A DNA stretch of 63,268 nt, the filler included, from Asterionella formosa (Eukaryota): NCBI GenBank assembly GCA_002256025.1. It is 21 parts of 21 records of this genome, joined end to end, with 100 filler letters (N's around TTAATTAATTAA, not from the genome) between each part and the next. Parts side by side here need not be neighbours in the genome. Positions count along the whole stretch, not along the records: positions 16,124 to 43,598 come from NKIB01001482.1; 20 more parts are not named here. One strand, given 5' to 3'. The position numbers were made by a program, and so were the translations under genes. The notes beneath the pieces were generated by a model. That model had not been told where the DNA came from. It did not search any database and saw only the letters and a program-made list of their open reading frames with translations. Shown one piece after another: positions 25,455-38,920 of this stretch (within the stretch, counting starts at the first letter, position 1; every line of letters begins with the position of its first letter).

Positions 25455-28163
25455 ATGATACAGCTCAAGGTACTTTTTCTGGTCCTCATCGGACAAGTTA
25501 AAGTCGTGTGCGCCATGAATGTCCGGGATGCCAATGGCGGAAATTGCATCGGGGTCAAGTCCTGCCGACCGCGCTGTATAACTTTTCGCCTGGATCGACA
25601 GGAAGAATGCAACGCAAGCGACGGTATCTTTACTGGCTCCTCTATTCTTAACCCATGGGATATTGCGCGCTTCCAATCACTCAACTGCCAGGCTACCAAC
25701 ACATGCTTCAATGACAAGTGCGGGCAAGGCTTGGATGGAGATTTGACCATAGAGATTGGAGAGAAGGGATATAGCGGCGGATACTTCAATACACTTGTGA
25801 TTTTGCCTGCGGGTCAAGACACTTTTACGTTTTGTTCCATATATCCATGCACCAAGGATGAATGCGCCCTTCCAGAACAAATGGTGCGTTACCTGAGACG
25901 AAGCACCTTGATTCTTACCCTTCCAGTGCATAGCTTCGGGTGCCAAAACTAATTCTTACTTCACTTCCGTCAACAGGGCAATGAGCTACAGTTATCATTT
26001 TTCCAAGGCACAATAGTGGACTTGAAAGACATTGTTGATCCTCTATTGGTAATTCAAATTTACCTCAAGGCTTCCTTTGTTGGTCAAGTACTACGGGAAA
26101 ACACACCGAACCACTATGGTCCTCTTCACGTCGAATGGATGGATGATCCAACAAATTGCCGCGAAAAAGTATTTTCACCATATGCTCCCATCGCCCCAAT
26201 TGTTGATCCTGTGGTTATCACCAACTCATCCGCGATAGACTCGCAATTGTACTGTGAAGGCGACGAATATCTGTCATTTCCCCTTCCTCAGACGAGCCCC
26301 CCATCTCCAGTTCCCAGCTTGTTTCCTACTCTTTCATTTTATCCAAGCTCGACGCCGATTAGCGACATTTCATCTGCTCCTAGAACCGATCCAACTTTGC
26401 CTCCAACTCGCCCGCCGACTTACTCCTCTGTGGGTGTCAAGCAACTTGAAGCGCTTAGATTGTTTTATAAATCTACTCAAATGGACAACAGCTATTCGTC
26501 GGCCAAACAGAATTGGTTCAAAATTGACGATTATTGCAGCTTTACTGGCATTACATGTGACGTGAACGGATACGTTATTTCGATTGATTTATTTAACAAG
26601 GGACTTGCCGGAACTCTTCCATTGACATGGGACAGCTTGAATCGACTCACCAAGTTCAAGGTTGCCGGCAACGAAATTTCTGGACCAATTCCATCAAATC
26701 TTTATGAGCTTGATAAATTAACCACAATTGAGTTATCAAACAATCGCTTGACTGGTGAAATCCCTCGAGAATTGCGTCGTATCAAGGGTCTTCGTCGTCT
26801 CTTCCTACAATACAATAATTTCAATGGAACTATTCACAAGGATCTTTGCGAGCTCAAGCAGTTGACAGTCTTTCTCATTGCTGGAAATGTAGAAATGTCG
26901 GGTGAGATTCCTGTTTGTTTCGGTGACTTACCTTTGGAAGTTTTTCGGGTTGACAATGTTGGTCTAGTGGGAGAAGTCCCTTCGCTGCTTTGCGGCGTCC
27001 GCCTTATGAATGGTTTGAACCCAAATCAGTTTGGATGTGATGGATTGGCATGCCCCGCTGGAACATTTGGAACGAGCTTCGGTCGACAACTAGACAATAA
27101 TACACAGTGCATTGCTTGTCCGATGCCATCCAATGTGATTGGATCATCTACATGTGCCTTCTTGGAAGGTAACGAGGTTGTTTCGACACCAACGGCGGGA
27201 TCACTCGCTCCAAGCTCGGTTTCTGTTTACGTGCCTTCTGCTCTCCTTTCCGTGGCTCCCTCTGTTCCATTGATGGATTCTGATGTTCCCTCCTTCGTCC
27301 CCTCCCCCATTGCTTCCAATTTTATAACTAGCTCCCCAAGTTATCCTGTCACACCAGCTCCATCCATAACCCTTGTTCCAACAAATTCACCAACCGCAAT
27401 ACCCAGCACAGCTTGGCCCATTGTCATTATGGCTGTCTCGACTGCGCCGTCAACTGTTCCATCCGATTCTGGATCATTTGTCGAGACTGTTGAGTTGACT
27501 TTAGTATTTGTTGGAGTTACGTCAGAACTGTCGGACACCGAGTCCTTTGCTGACGCTACCAAGATATTTTTGACAAATGACATCACCTCAATTTACTCTG
27601 TTGATGTAATTTCTCAGTCGGTTCAAGCATACTCCATGGAAGCGGCAGTTTCTATCTCTAACCGTCAATTGAAGGCGAAAGCCTTGTTTGTCAATATCAA
27701 GGTCGAGGGAAGTACTGACAATGGAAATTTAGCAGATGCTGTCAAAGATGGCTTACTTGACCTTGACACCTTTGTGACAAGTATTGGGTTGACAGAAGAG
27801 GTGAACCAAATTCTCCCCATAACTCCAACTCGACAAGTTGAATCACCACCGGGGAAGTCTTTCAAATGGGGGCTCCTTGGGTCAGCAATTGGACTTTCCG
27901 TAGTTGCCGTTGCCAGTGTCTACACGGTTCGTAGCAACCGTAGAAAAAGTGCACAGCAGAGGAGTCATTTTTCCACTAGCATCGCTCATCCAGCACTGAA
28001 TGAAGACAGCATTGATCATAGTGATGACTTGTCGGAAGAGAGCAACAGTGGATGGAGTTCGTCACGAGACGATGATGAATCCATGTCCGAAGATTGGTCA
28101 ACTCTCGAGATGTACACGGTGACGAAATCTCAGACTGACAGCAAGATCGATGAGATGCTCTAA
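25455..28163 (+). CDS. LRR receptor-like type I membrane protein without kinase domain; exons 25455-25883 and 25977-28163
   Basis: Signal peptide, Cys-rich N-terminus, LRR N-cap (W...CSFTGITC), plant-type LRRs (NxLTGEIP), P/S/T stalk, TM helix and acidic tail. A 93-nt GT-AG intron joins the ORFs in frame. Confidence 0.9.
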
Positions 28164-28534
28164 GTGACAGTCGTGGAGGGAATGCGTGGTCGTTGCTTTG
28201 GGGATGTAACCTTGTAAAAATGTGAGGGTATGGTACATAAAAGTGTTAAAAACCATTGACCCTTTTGTGCATTGATATTGCTACTCGGTATAGTGTGACA
28301 TCCCGAGAAAGAAATCTGAACGTACAAGTCCCACGGTACTAGCTGACGACGACACCATGGCAGATTATAATCTAAATCAATCAGATCCTTGATATAAACG
28401 CCATGTCGTCAATCAGTGTTCAACTATCACATGACGCAACATGCATGAAAGTATGACTAGAGAACAGTACTGTAAAAGTCCAAAACGAGGGTTGTTTACA
28501 AAATTATCTGTTTACGGAAAGCAGGGAACATCTG

Positions 28535-30106
28535 CTAAAAAGGCGGTGGTGGTGCCTCGTTTCCTTGGAACATTTTCCTGGCGCTAAATGCAGTGAAACT
28601 CTCTGATAGCGTTTCTGGGCTACACTCTATCTTCAACGAGCCTGATGGCTTGCTTGAAACAGGTGACATTCTCCATTTACTGGCAGTGTCCTTGGTTGCT
28701 CTATCCTTGTATGGTTTCTCTATAGGTATAGGTTCCTTTTTGATATGAGAATCTTTGCGCTGAAGAATGTGGTATATGCTCGATTTAAGTCGGAAGACAT
28801 CCAATACACTCTGTGGAGACGTCGTTCCTTTTGCCGAGGGCCGAACCCCATATTGGACTCGTCTTAGACTGGCAAGTAATGTACTTAGCAATCTATCGAC
28901 CGACTTGGTTGGTGGTAGGTTGACCAGGTACCGAAATGCTTCTGAGGGTGTTTGGCAGAGAATCTTGTCACGATGCAACCACAGGTAGCTGGCAGCACAT
29001 GTTTCTAGGACTTGCATCAATGAAAAATTTCCCATGACTATTTGGTTTGTGATGCCTGGTCGAGTATACCGGGAGGCATCTTCAAGGGATAAGATGGTTG
29101 AGTGCTCGGTAACAGCGTCGAAAAATATATCCCACATGACCAAGGAGTCTTGCCAATCAACGACTTCTCGCGAAAACATTAGTCGTACCCAACGAGCACA
29201 AAAGAGTTCTAGAGGCAAATGCATGTGTGTCAAGTGAATAAGAAGGAAATGCTCGCTAGAGACAAACTCGAGCGTGGACAGAATATTTTGGACCATGTCT
29301 TCGATTGGTGTATCACTTTCATTGACACCAAAGGCAGGTTGAAGTTGTCCAGAGACAAAGCAAAGCATAAAGTAGGCATCATGAACTAAAAAGTCTTCTT
29401 GACAAAGGATTGACGGTGCTTCTTGTTTATCATAGACATCGAGTTCAATCGCTAACATGAGAAGCGATGCGAGGTCATGCATGCCTTGCTGATAACCCAT
29501 TCGAGGGCACTCCCTGGCGTGAATAAAGAGGATTTCCTTGAGATGTTCGCATCGCTGTTGAACAGCAAGGGCGTAATCCATATCTTTGTGGTGTCCATGA
29601 AAGCATGAATGGTGGTCGAGCTGCAAACGATTTAAGTCTTTGGTGATAACAGAGAGTACTTCAGAGGGATCTAAGGCCGAATCGTCGGACGAATAGGTCG
29701 ACTGGTCGATCTCGGAATCGCTCACGTTTCTCGATTGACGAATCATGTCTCGCTCGGTGCGACGAAAATGGCGTTCCTCTCGTCGTTCCTGTATTTCCTT
29801 TTCGATAAGAAATATGGAAAGAGGATCCATGTCCTCTTCCTCTACCTCGTCGTCGAATTCCGCCGCAACGTCACAGGATGAATCTTGAAACCTGAGTTCT
29901 AGCTCTTCTGGCAGTGATAGTTCTGCTTTGTATTTCTCTTTAAGTGAAGCATAGTTTTCCCTTTGCTCCTTTACGCATGTTTCGTTCGCACTTTCAATGT
30001 CATTCAAGTGATCTGGTAGACACAGTAACCCCATTTGCAGTCGCCACCTTATCGATCGCTTCATCGTCGCTGATAATGTCAACAGTATATTGCGAGAAAA
30101 TGACAT
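28535..30106 (-). CDS. Rab-GAP TBC domain protein (TBC1D5-like)
   Basis: ITKDLNRL (R finger), GYQQGMHDL (Q finger) and RWVRLMFSRE. Start codon uncertain. Confidence 0.85.
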   Translation of the reverse strand: MSFSRNILLTLSATMKRSIRWRLQMGLLCLPDHLNDIESANETCVKEQRENYASLKEKYKAELSLPEELELRFQDSSCDVAAEFDDEVEEEDMDPLSIFLIEKEIQERREERHFRRTERDMIRQSRNVSDSEIDQSTYSSDDSALDPSEVLSVITKDLNRLQLDHHSCFHGHHKDMDYALAVQQRCEHLKEILFIHARECPRMGYQQGMHDLASLLMLAIELDVYDKQEAPSILCQEDFLVHDAYFMLCFVSGQLQPAFGVNESDTPIEDMVQNILSTLEFVSSEHFLLIHLTHMHLPLELFCARWVRLMFSREVVDWQDSLVMWDIFFDAVTEHSTILSLEDASRYTRPGITNQIVMGNFSLMQVLETCAASYLWLHRDKILCQTPSEAFRYLVNLPPTKSVDRLLSTLLASLRRVQYGVRPSAKGTTSPQSVLDVFRLKSSIYHILQRKDSHIKKEPIPIEKPYKDRATKDTASKWRMSPVSSKPSGSLKIECSPETLSESFTAFSARKMFQGNEAPPPPF

Positions 30107-30791
30107 CAAGATAATAAGGTCGTCGTGTTTTCTGTGGGGGTTTCAGAAAAGGGGCTATATCAAAGAATGGGATGTGCGATCGCAAGATACAAAACTATCC
30201 TTACATGAATTTATATATTTGTCAAATAGTTCCCGGTATATAGAAAACATAGCGAACATCGAATTGTGATACTACCGGGTAGATGACATTCTTATTTACA
30301 ACTTCCTTTGTCGAACTGTGTGCAAGAGGTTCCAGCTACCGGTAAACCGGGCGGTACTTCAGTATTTTTATTTATATTTGTGTCTGTGGGGTCCGAACTG
30401 CAACAAATGCATTATAACGTATATGAGAGACTTAAGAATACAGTATCGTCTATTTTCTATCTACATTGTCCATTTCCCACCAGTATGTAGGAGTACGTTC
30501 TCTCAGCAAAATGTCATCATGGTTGTGGGGGAGGGACAAAAAAAGCAAAAGACTACCGGTACATATATCTACCAGTATCACCGGTGCACCAACATGAATT
30601 GGTCATTCCAGTCATGTTCATACCACCGGAACCTGGTACCAGGTACCGGTAGTATTCTTCGTCCCCGTGCAGGTCTCTATATTTTAAAAAAACGGTAGTC
30701 TTAAAAAGGTGCGGATTCACGTTCTATTGTGCTTTCGTTTATGAATCCTTATTGATGGTATCAGGAACTGAGTAGCTTAGTTGCGGTACGA

Positions 30792-32287
30792 ATGATACTC
30801 GATAAGACTCTCCATGTGCTGGAAGAGCAATTGTCGCCGGCTCAGAGGAGAAGACGAACAGCACGAGCGGCTTTGCAGGAAACGTCCGAGCTGGCAGAAC
30901 TACTCATGCGGGAGAACGATGCCCCCCTTAAATCCACGAAGGCCATCGAATGCCAAGATTGTTGGTTTCCCCGGAATAACGATGAGTTTAACTGGGCACG
31001 CGGTGTCCATCATGCTATTCTGTTATCGCAAAGGGATAGGCTCAAATCATTAATGGTGATATTTCCAAGCAAACTCAATTGTTTGTTGCTCTCTGAAAAA
31101 ACAGCGGAAAAGCGGGAAATCAGGAAAAAGCAAAAGGACAAGAATTTTTTTTGTTAAGGCAAGCAGACGAGTTGACCAAATCAACTCCTTTACCAATTCA
31201 TCTTGCTGCTGCAATTGGAGAGCCTGATATCTTTGAAATACTGCTCTACTTGTCCACTCACTCATCACTCACACTCGCCAACTCCAGAGGAGAGACGGTT
31301 CTGCATCTGGCTGTCAAGAGGGGAAATCTTTCAATAGTTTTAAAAGCTGTCAATGCCTTTCCGATTGCCTGCAGTCATTTGGACGATGAAGGAAATCTTC
31401 CAATTCATGTTGCTGTAGGTGAAGTCTCGCGAAGGAACGGTGAAATACCCTTAATCACCAGTGCACTTCTCGCAAACTATCCCCGAAGTATGCTTATTAG
31501 AGACAGAAGCGGGTTTGCTCCCATACACATAGCTGCCATGAATGGCTTTGAGGCAGGCATTCGTGGGCTTCTTGCAGTAAATCCTGGATGTGTCAATGAT
31601 CGAACGTCAGTTGAAGGCTTCTTGCCTATTGACCTTGCCTTGCGAGGACACCGCCAAATTCTTGAAACTCTACATAAAATAAAAGGCCACGGTACGAGCT
31701 TGAATGACACTGTTGTTCCTCCTGATTCAGTGGAAGCTGATACGTCATTGAATATTCTGGTCGGTCAGTCGATTAACATCCTTGACAACGATCCTCTACT
31801 TCTGAGCGGATCTAAATTGCTAGACATGAAAGCTAGCTATGAAGAAAGCATTGAAATGTTGCTAATGTCTGTTCTATATTGTCGAGCAGTGTTTTGTCCA
31901 CGTGAAGAAGGCTTTGAGGACGATATTGACGCGTTGTTTTTCCTCCCTTTGCATGCTGCATTTGTCGCACGCATTCTCCCGGAAAGCTGGGATCACCTCA
32001 AATCAATGTACGGAGCGTTGCATATCCATGACGTGGATCGCTATGGACGGACAGTATTACATGCCTTGTCAGATGCGTGCCTTCTTGAGGATTCTTCATA
32101 TACGGAGGCCCAACTAGTAGATATGGTCAGGGACGTGGACAAGATGGACCCTAATGCCAGCATGCGGCTTGATGGTATTGGTTTGCTACCGCTTCATGGA
32201 GCGATCTTGAACGGGGCAAGTGCTAACGTGGTCAAGGCCTTCATCGAGATTAGACCAAAGGCGCTCAAATCGAGATTCATTGGATAG
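30792..32287 (+). CDS. Ankyrin-repeat protein split over two frames at about 31056-31157
   Basis: PIHLAA, GETVLHLAV, GNLPIHVAV, GFAPIHIAA, GRTVLH and GLLPLHGA repeats. The upstream ORF 30792-31157 overlaps the -1 frame. Confidence 0.8.
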
Positions 32288-32887
32288 CAGTAAATAGCTA
32301 GCATTACTAGACTACTTATTCCCTTGTATTCTGTCCTTTACTTCTTGCTTGTTTCCGGTTTATTCACTCTATTGTAGAGTATTTTAAAGGTTGACATTAC
32401 TCCTCTCAATTCACCCATTTCTTCACATCCAAAATTTTCCATTGGCGAAGAAATGAAATGGAGGACTCCCTATAGTGAAAATTGACATCTTGTGTGTTTT
32501 TAGTTGTCGAATTGTTCACTATGATGAAGAAACGAGAAAAAGGAGAAGACATACGGTATATATGTTGACATGTACCAATACCAATGTTATACTAGTATAC
32601 CCTGGTAGTCTATACTAGTCTAGTCCATGGACCTTTTATGGTAGTAGTCATACAACACATTCAGCACATCATTCGTAATTGCTAGAATAGTTGTTTATCA
32701 TCAGAGAAAGTGGATAATAATTATTTTTATCAATATATATAGAGGGGTTTATACCATGTTTACAAATGGTATACAATACTTTGGGGTGACACCTAGGCAA
32801 AAGAGTTGACCATGGGGTTTGTTTTGAATTCTTCGAGTCTTTTTGACTGCATGTTTTGCTTTCGCATTATTGCAAGAGGAACAAGTT

Positions 32888-33895
32888 TTACTTTTTCATG
32901 GCAAGAGCATTTCCACCACCACCAATACTACTGGCATATCCATCAAGAGAATATCCATATGATTCCATAGAAGAAACACTTGCAGCATCATTTAAATAAC
33001 TAGCCTGTTGTTTGTCTCTCAAGCTCATTTGCATACTTGTTGTTTTCCCTGACTTGTAGTAGGCAGTCAATGATGATGAGATATCTTCGGAAATGACAGA
33101 ATCTGGATAACCCTGATCATTGCCTTTGTCATTACCAATTTCTGATGGTACCACAACAACAGCTGGATCATAAGAATCTTGAACTGTTTTACTACCACTC
33201 TTCTTGGTACGTTGACGATTCCCACTCCATGCCATGTAGCAAGCAAAAATCAGTAAAATCACAGCAACGCTTGCAATACAAATAGCCACGATAATGATCA
33301 CATCCAAACCACCACCACTATTATTGGGATTGCCGGTGTCTGTTGTTGTATCAGCATTTGGATTAATTGTTGCACGAACATCAACAACAGCTGATCCTAA
33401 TCCACTAGCTGTGTCAGTTTCATTTGTAAAACTTGTCAACAACCTTGTGCGTGCTGTAGTTAAACATGATACTTCATATCCAGCCACTGTTGTTGCATCT
33501 GGAATATTAGTTGTATTGATATTGGTCTTCCAAATGGAAACACCCTTGAATGTAGCAACATAATTTTTTGTCAATCGTCGTCGTCTTGCTTCAACAGTCT
33601 TGATTGATTCCAACAATATTTGATCCAGTGCGTGCGACGACGAGCTGATATTTTGAATACAAACTGTCAAATCATTTGTTACCACTGCTGCAACGATTTC
33701 TGCATCAACTGTAGTTGTAGTAGAAGTACTATCATCAACAAGGACAATGGAAACATCAAATGGAATGAGATTTACAAATTGAGATAATGATGAAGTAGCC
33801 GCGGTAGTAGAAGTGGAAAAAGTGACAATAACAAGGATGAAGAATACAAATTGTCGTTGTACAACTGATTGCATCTTGTTGTTTCTTCTTGTCAT
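32888..33895 (-). CDS. Single-pass membrane protein of unknown function
   Basis: Signal-like hydrophobic stretch, RRRL motif, TM helix VIIIVAICIASVAVILLIFACY and a Ser-rich tail. Confidence 0.75.
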   Translation of the reverse strand: MTRRNNKMQSVVQRQFVFFILVIVTFSTSTTAATSSLSQFVNLIPFDVSIVLVDDSTSTTTTVDAEIVAAVVTNDLTVCIQNISSSSHALDQILLESIKTVEARRRRLTKNYVATFKGVSIWKTNINTTNIPDATTVAGYEVSCLTTARTRLLTSFTNETDTASGLGSAVVDVRATINPNADTTTDTGNPNNSGGGLDVIIIVAICIASVAVILLIFACYMAWSGNRQRTKKSGSKTVQDSYDPAVVVVPSEIGNDKGNDQGYPDSVISEDISSSLTAYYKSGKTTSMQMSLRDKQQASYLNDAASVSSMESYGYSLDGYASSIGGGGNALAMKK

Positions 33896-34446
33896 GATGA
33901 CGATTGCAAAGCCGACGATTGTTTGTTTGTTGATTAGAGAGAGAGAAAAGGAAGGAACTGTTGTGGCAGCTACCGACAACTGAATGATATTTTTAAATGT
34001 TTTTTTCATGAATAGTCTTGGTTGTCATTGTTTTTCTTGTGGCGTTGTTGACAATGTATTGCCGACTGGCTGGGTGGCACCACAGCCAGCATTTGTCGTT
34101 ACGTACGACAGATATCGGAATGTACGTAGGGTGTCAATGGCGATGGTGAACTCTTTCTCTCGTCAGGCATCATGCATCAGTTCAGTACCGGTACCTGGTA
34201 CCCGGCATTCTGTGTACGGAGTAACGGCACTAAATTTCAGAAACCATCAAACTGTTGATACCGGTACCTGGTAGTCAAAACGAACACGGTGAAGCTGTAA
34301 CGACTACATAGGAGTACATACGAATTACGTTACCTGGTACTTGTACTCGCTTCAAGATCCTTCGAAAACCGATCATTGTTCTGTCGCATCTGAATAAGAA
34401 TGAATCCAACAGCGAAGCTGAGCTGAAAGCTAAAAAATTTCTCAAC

Positions 34447-35896
34447 ATGCCATCAAGTACAATGTCTAACATTAAAGCTTCCTCCTTGGCAAGCCATCTG
34501 CTCCTGATGCTTCTTGTGCCTTTCCTCCGTTCGACTGGCACTACGGCCTTTTTCTCGTCGCCGCCCAACCAGATACGAAACAGATACATGGCGTCCAGAC
34601 ATAAAGCTGCGAGCACTACGACGACTAACCTCGCTTGGGGTGGGGACTATTCCGAAGAAGTGAAAGTTGCAGCCGATTTGGTGTGTGCAGCTGTTCGCTT
34701 GTGTCAAAAAGTGCAGCAAGACCTTGCAATTGCACGAGGCGACACGTCGCTTGGGACGACCGTGTCGGCATCATCGGCATCCTCTGGAACAGCCGATGTC
34801 AAAATGGATGGGACGCCCGTAACAGCTGCTGACTTTGCCATACAAGCATATGTTTCTTCCAAACTTGAATCCTTGTTCCCACATGATAGATTCATGGGCG
34901 AAGAAGATGCTACAGATCTGCGTGCTGATGCTGCGCTCCTGGAAACATCCATGAATATGGCTTCGGAATTATTGGAAGTGGAATCTCTTGATATGGATGT
35001 ATTCATTCATGCTGTGGACCGAGGAGTGGAGAAGCCGCGAGGATTAGGGGAACGAGTTTGGATTCTGGATCCGATTGATGGGACCAAAGGTCTCATTACT
35101 GGAAAACAATACATTGTTGGACTCGCCTTGACAATCAATGGTAAGGCAGTCGTTTCGGTCATGGGAAACCCAGCCGTCACTCCGGAAGTTATGGTCGCAG
35201 CACAAGGTCAGGGATTGCGGTATTGGCCTGCTGCTCCCAAGGGTGCAGCGGGCTGTATTGATTTGCCTCGTCACATTCCCAACAATTGGCACAAGCAACG
35301 ATATGATTTTACCAAGCTTGTTCCAGAAGGATCGTCTTCGTTTGGGTGGGGTTCTGGGAGTTCTGGACCTGGAGTTGCTGGTGTGGATTACCCTCCCTAC
35401 TTGTTATCCCGTCCAATGTCAGTAGGCTCACCATTGCCGTTTGGGCCCATGTGTGCTCCATCCGAAATATGTTGTGGGGCTCAGGTATGTTTGTCGTTTG
35501 TTAGACTAACATGTGTGATACATGGATGCGAATATATAAGATATGTCCTATCTATGCGGCATGGTCGATGTATCAATGTTACTATGTTTTTAACCCTGTG
35601 AGATTACTTTTATACTAAATATATATTTCTAGGTCAAATATTTCGCAGTGGCAAGAGGCGATGTTGCGGGTTTTATCCAATTTCAAACCAATCTCAAGTC
35701 TTGGGATCATGCTCCTGGAGTGTTGTGTGTTCAAGAGTCTGGAGGAATTGCATTGGATGCCAATGGTGCGGAAGTGTTGTTTACTGATCGTGAATTTTCG
35801 GTTTCCAAGGGGATTGTTTGTATTGCTGCTGAAGCAGATAGCATGACCCGTCAAAGACTGACAGCCTGTGTGGAGCAAACAGATGTAACTGTCTGA
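34447..35896 (+). CDS. 3'(2'),5'-bisphosphate nucleotidase / inositol monophosphatase family (SAL1/HAL2-like), probably plastid-targeted; exons 34447-35484 and 35633-35896
   Basis: PVTAADF, GEED, WILDPIDGTKG and WDHAPG motifs. Intron 35485-35632 (GTATGT...CTAG). Signal peptide ending TTA-FF. Confidence 0.92.
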
Positions 35897-37572
35897 CTCT
35901 CCACCATTTAGTCGATATAACCTCTGCAGGTCACTTGAAAGCAGCTCATCCATGTATAAGCTCTATTAATGTGAATGTTTCAATTCCATTTGGATGACAA
36001 TCCTTGGATCTGAAGCTTCATGCTAGAAACAGGGGATTGTGGCATGACTAACAGTATCTATTCTACGGTATGAGCATTTTTTCCTCTTGCTTCTAGACTA
36101 CAATAGAGACTGCTATTTCAAATATATTGGAGGAACAGGCAAATGACACAGACATGTTGTGACAGGATCAACCATTGGCAGGAAAACAGGAATTGGAACC
36201 TGTCAATACTGGTACATGTGCCATGTATAGAAAATCATGCATGCAACAGGGGGGTTCTTATCATTCTGTCATTGGTCATCATTAGTGTATCATCTCAGTT
36301 TTGTTTCAAAAATGACAGTTTGTATCATAATTTGTTTCACCAAAGAATTTTAAGTTGTGATCACAGCTGTATCAGTGATACAGCCACTGATTGCTGTATA
36401 TCATGTCCATTGTCACTGATAAAATAAATGTTAACGCTGCAGCATCACACTTAAATATTTTGCCTAATATATAATCTATATTGTCGGTGGTTGAAAATCA
36501 ACTTCAGCATCACAGCCCAACATGACAACACCAGTGCTGCAATTGATTGGTTTAATTGTAGTCCATGTGCAAGCTGTTATATAATTATTTAGCTGAGATA
36601 ATTTGATTTGTTTATTTATAGAAAACACTAGAGCATACCAGTAGTCATGATGAGTGGCTGGAGACTCCTTCATCATGTCATTTCAGTCTTGACTATGACA
36701 AAAATAGTGATTATCTCCATGAACATTAAGAATGACGCTTGCTTTCCTATTTTGCACATCTATCAAGCAAGACATAGACAGTACAATCATAAAATAATTA
36801 TTCTAATAACACTAATGTTGACAACAAAAATTGAAGTTGCCAATGGCACATTTTTCATATAATTTTGAATTGCACAATTTTTTAAATGACAATGGTTTGA
36901 GCAGATTCGACACTGTACAGTAGCCGTACAGCAGAAAATACAATGACTAATACAATAATGTGATTAATTGAAGCAAAGATGTGAAATAAGTTATTCATCA
37001 ACTGATAATTGATTGATTGTATCAGCAATTTGTGTAGTTGTAGATGCAGGTACTACTGGTGGCAACAAATGTGAAGCATGTTAAAACTAATGCTTTAATG
37101 TGTGGCAGCCCCTTCAAGGAGAAGTTCCTACTCATCTGGACAATGACAATGCTATAACGGGGCCTTGATGGGGCTGAGTTCAATGACAACAAGAGCAAAA
37201 GCAACGACATGTGCACGCCATGGTGATCGGGATTTGGTGTGGTAGCAATACACATTACGACCGTAGGCGATAAAAAACAATATTTAGGGTTACGGTTTAT
37301 TGAAATACCAGGCCAACGCGAGCCTACCCAGTGCTTCTGGAATTTGCATCATCCAGCAATGACATGGCTACCGTACATGGTACCAGGGTACCGGTATTGA
37401 ATATTCATGCATAAAGTATTTCTTTAAATCCTTCTGTTTTTTCAAAACCACAGTGGTTCCTTTCCTTGTTGACAAGAACATACCGGTAGTCTATAAGCTG
37501 GTCTAAACTACCGAACTCTTTCTAACTACAACTAATAAGCAGCACAACAAGAAACATTATCATCAACGAAAC

Positions 37573-38709
37573 ATGAATGAAACTACAGATAATAGCGGGG
37601 AAGGGGTAGATGGTTCCATCATCAACAATGACCCATGGGAAGCCACAGCATCTCCTGTCGACGAGACTACAACTGGAACAGCCACTGATACTAGTACCAA
37701 GAAGACGAAAGAAGGACCCAAGGTTTTCAAGGATTTGAAAGTGTCGTTTCGGAACCTTGGAGAGTCTAGCAAGAAATTTGGTGGAACCGCATTGAAGAAA
37801 ACGCTTGAAATTACTGCGAGAGGAATGAATAAGAAAAAGTCATCTGTATCACAAGGGCAAGAACAAAAAACCGAAATTATCTGTGCCACCAAAGAAGAAG
37901 CCTTGTTGCAACTTCAGGCTCTAGTTGAAACTGCGAAATTAGACAAGGACAACAACAACGATGCACGCCTTCTAAAGTGGAATTTCGCTACCTTGCCATT
38001 GGAATGTTTCGAAGCCACATTGGACGATGTGCTTAGAGCCTTTTGTGAATGGAGTCGTTTTGAAAAAGACGACACGACCATGTACAATGTTACCATGGCA
38101 TTTGAACGGTTGGAACAGTATGCGACATGGATGGATAAGACCAATCGTGATATGGTCGATCCTCCATTGACACCCGACTCCATTCGTGATGCATGGAAGG
38201 CTTGGGCCATGAAGGTGTCCTACGACAAGATTGGGCGCTTTGTTTTGTGGATTGATTTGGAAGCCATGGATATGGTCAAGATTAAGAAGGAGCTTACTGC
38301 GGTTGACAATCTTCGGCTCTTTGTGTGGTTGGCACATTACTGCATGTTCGACTCACATGCACAACAACATGGTATTTTGATTTGTAAGAACTTGAACCAC
38401 GCTAGCTTTTGGAGTTCTGTTACGTTGATTCCGACCAATTTGGTCATTAAGATTGATCGACTAACCATTGGGACTTTGCCTGTCAAAATGAAGAAGATTT
38501 ATGTCATTCAATCCCCCAAGTGGATCAAGAGGATGATGGGCATGGTGAAGCCCTTCATGAGTGCCAAAATGAAGACCAGAATTGTCACGATGGAGAATCC
38601 AACCTTGCTGGAAGAAGAACTTGGTACGGATTGCTTACCATCTGACTTTGGCGGGTGTCATGGCACTATGGAGCATGATTTGTTGTGGGATATATTTGTT
38701 GCCAAGTAG
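37573..38709 (+). CDS. CRAL-TRIO lipid-binding domain protein
   Basis: AQQHGI...LPVKMKKIYVIQSPKW...VKPFMSAKMKTRI...LPSDFGG. Confidence 0.9.
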   Translation: MNETTDNSGEGVDGSIINNDPWEATASPVDETTTGTATDTSTKKTKEGPKVFKDLKVSFRNLGESSKKFGGTALKKTLEITARGMNKKKSSVSQGQEQKTEIICATKEEALLQLQALVETAKLDKDNNNDARLLKWNFATLPLECFEATLDDVLRAFCEWSRFEKDDTTMYNVTMAFERLEQYATWMDKTNRDMVDPPLTPDSIRDAWKAWAMKVSYDKIGRFVLWIDLEAMDMVKIKKELTAVDNLRLFVWLAHYCMFDSHAQQHGILICKNLNHASFWSSVTLIPTNLVIKIDRLTIGTLPVKMKKIYVIQSPKWIKRMMGMVKPFMSAKMKTRIVTMENPTLLEEELGTDCLPSDFGGCHGTMEHDLLWDIFVAK

Positions 38710-38920
38710 TCCTGTAATAAGTTATTTCTACATAAACCTAAGGCGTTTTATTAAAAGCAGCTGTCGTAGCAAAAATAAAAGTCCTGCAATTGGAGTTGTT
38801 GGTAGTCCCTTGGAGTATCAACATAGATGAGAGTGGTGATCCTTTGCCCTCGTCTCCTTGTCATTTGAACAAATAATAGTAGGGGATAAACGTATCTAGC
38901 ATTCAGAAGTATCTTCTCGT

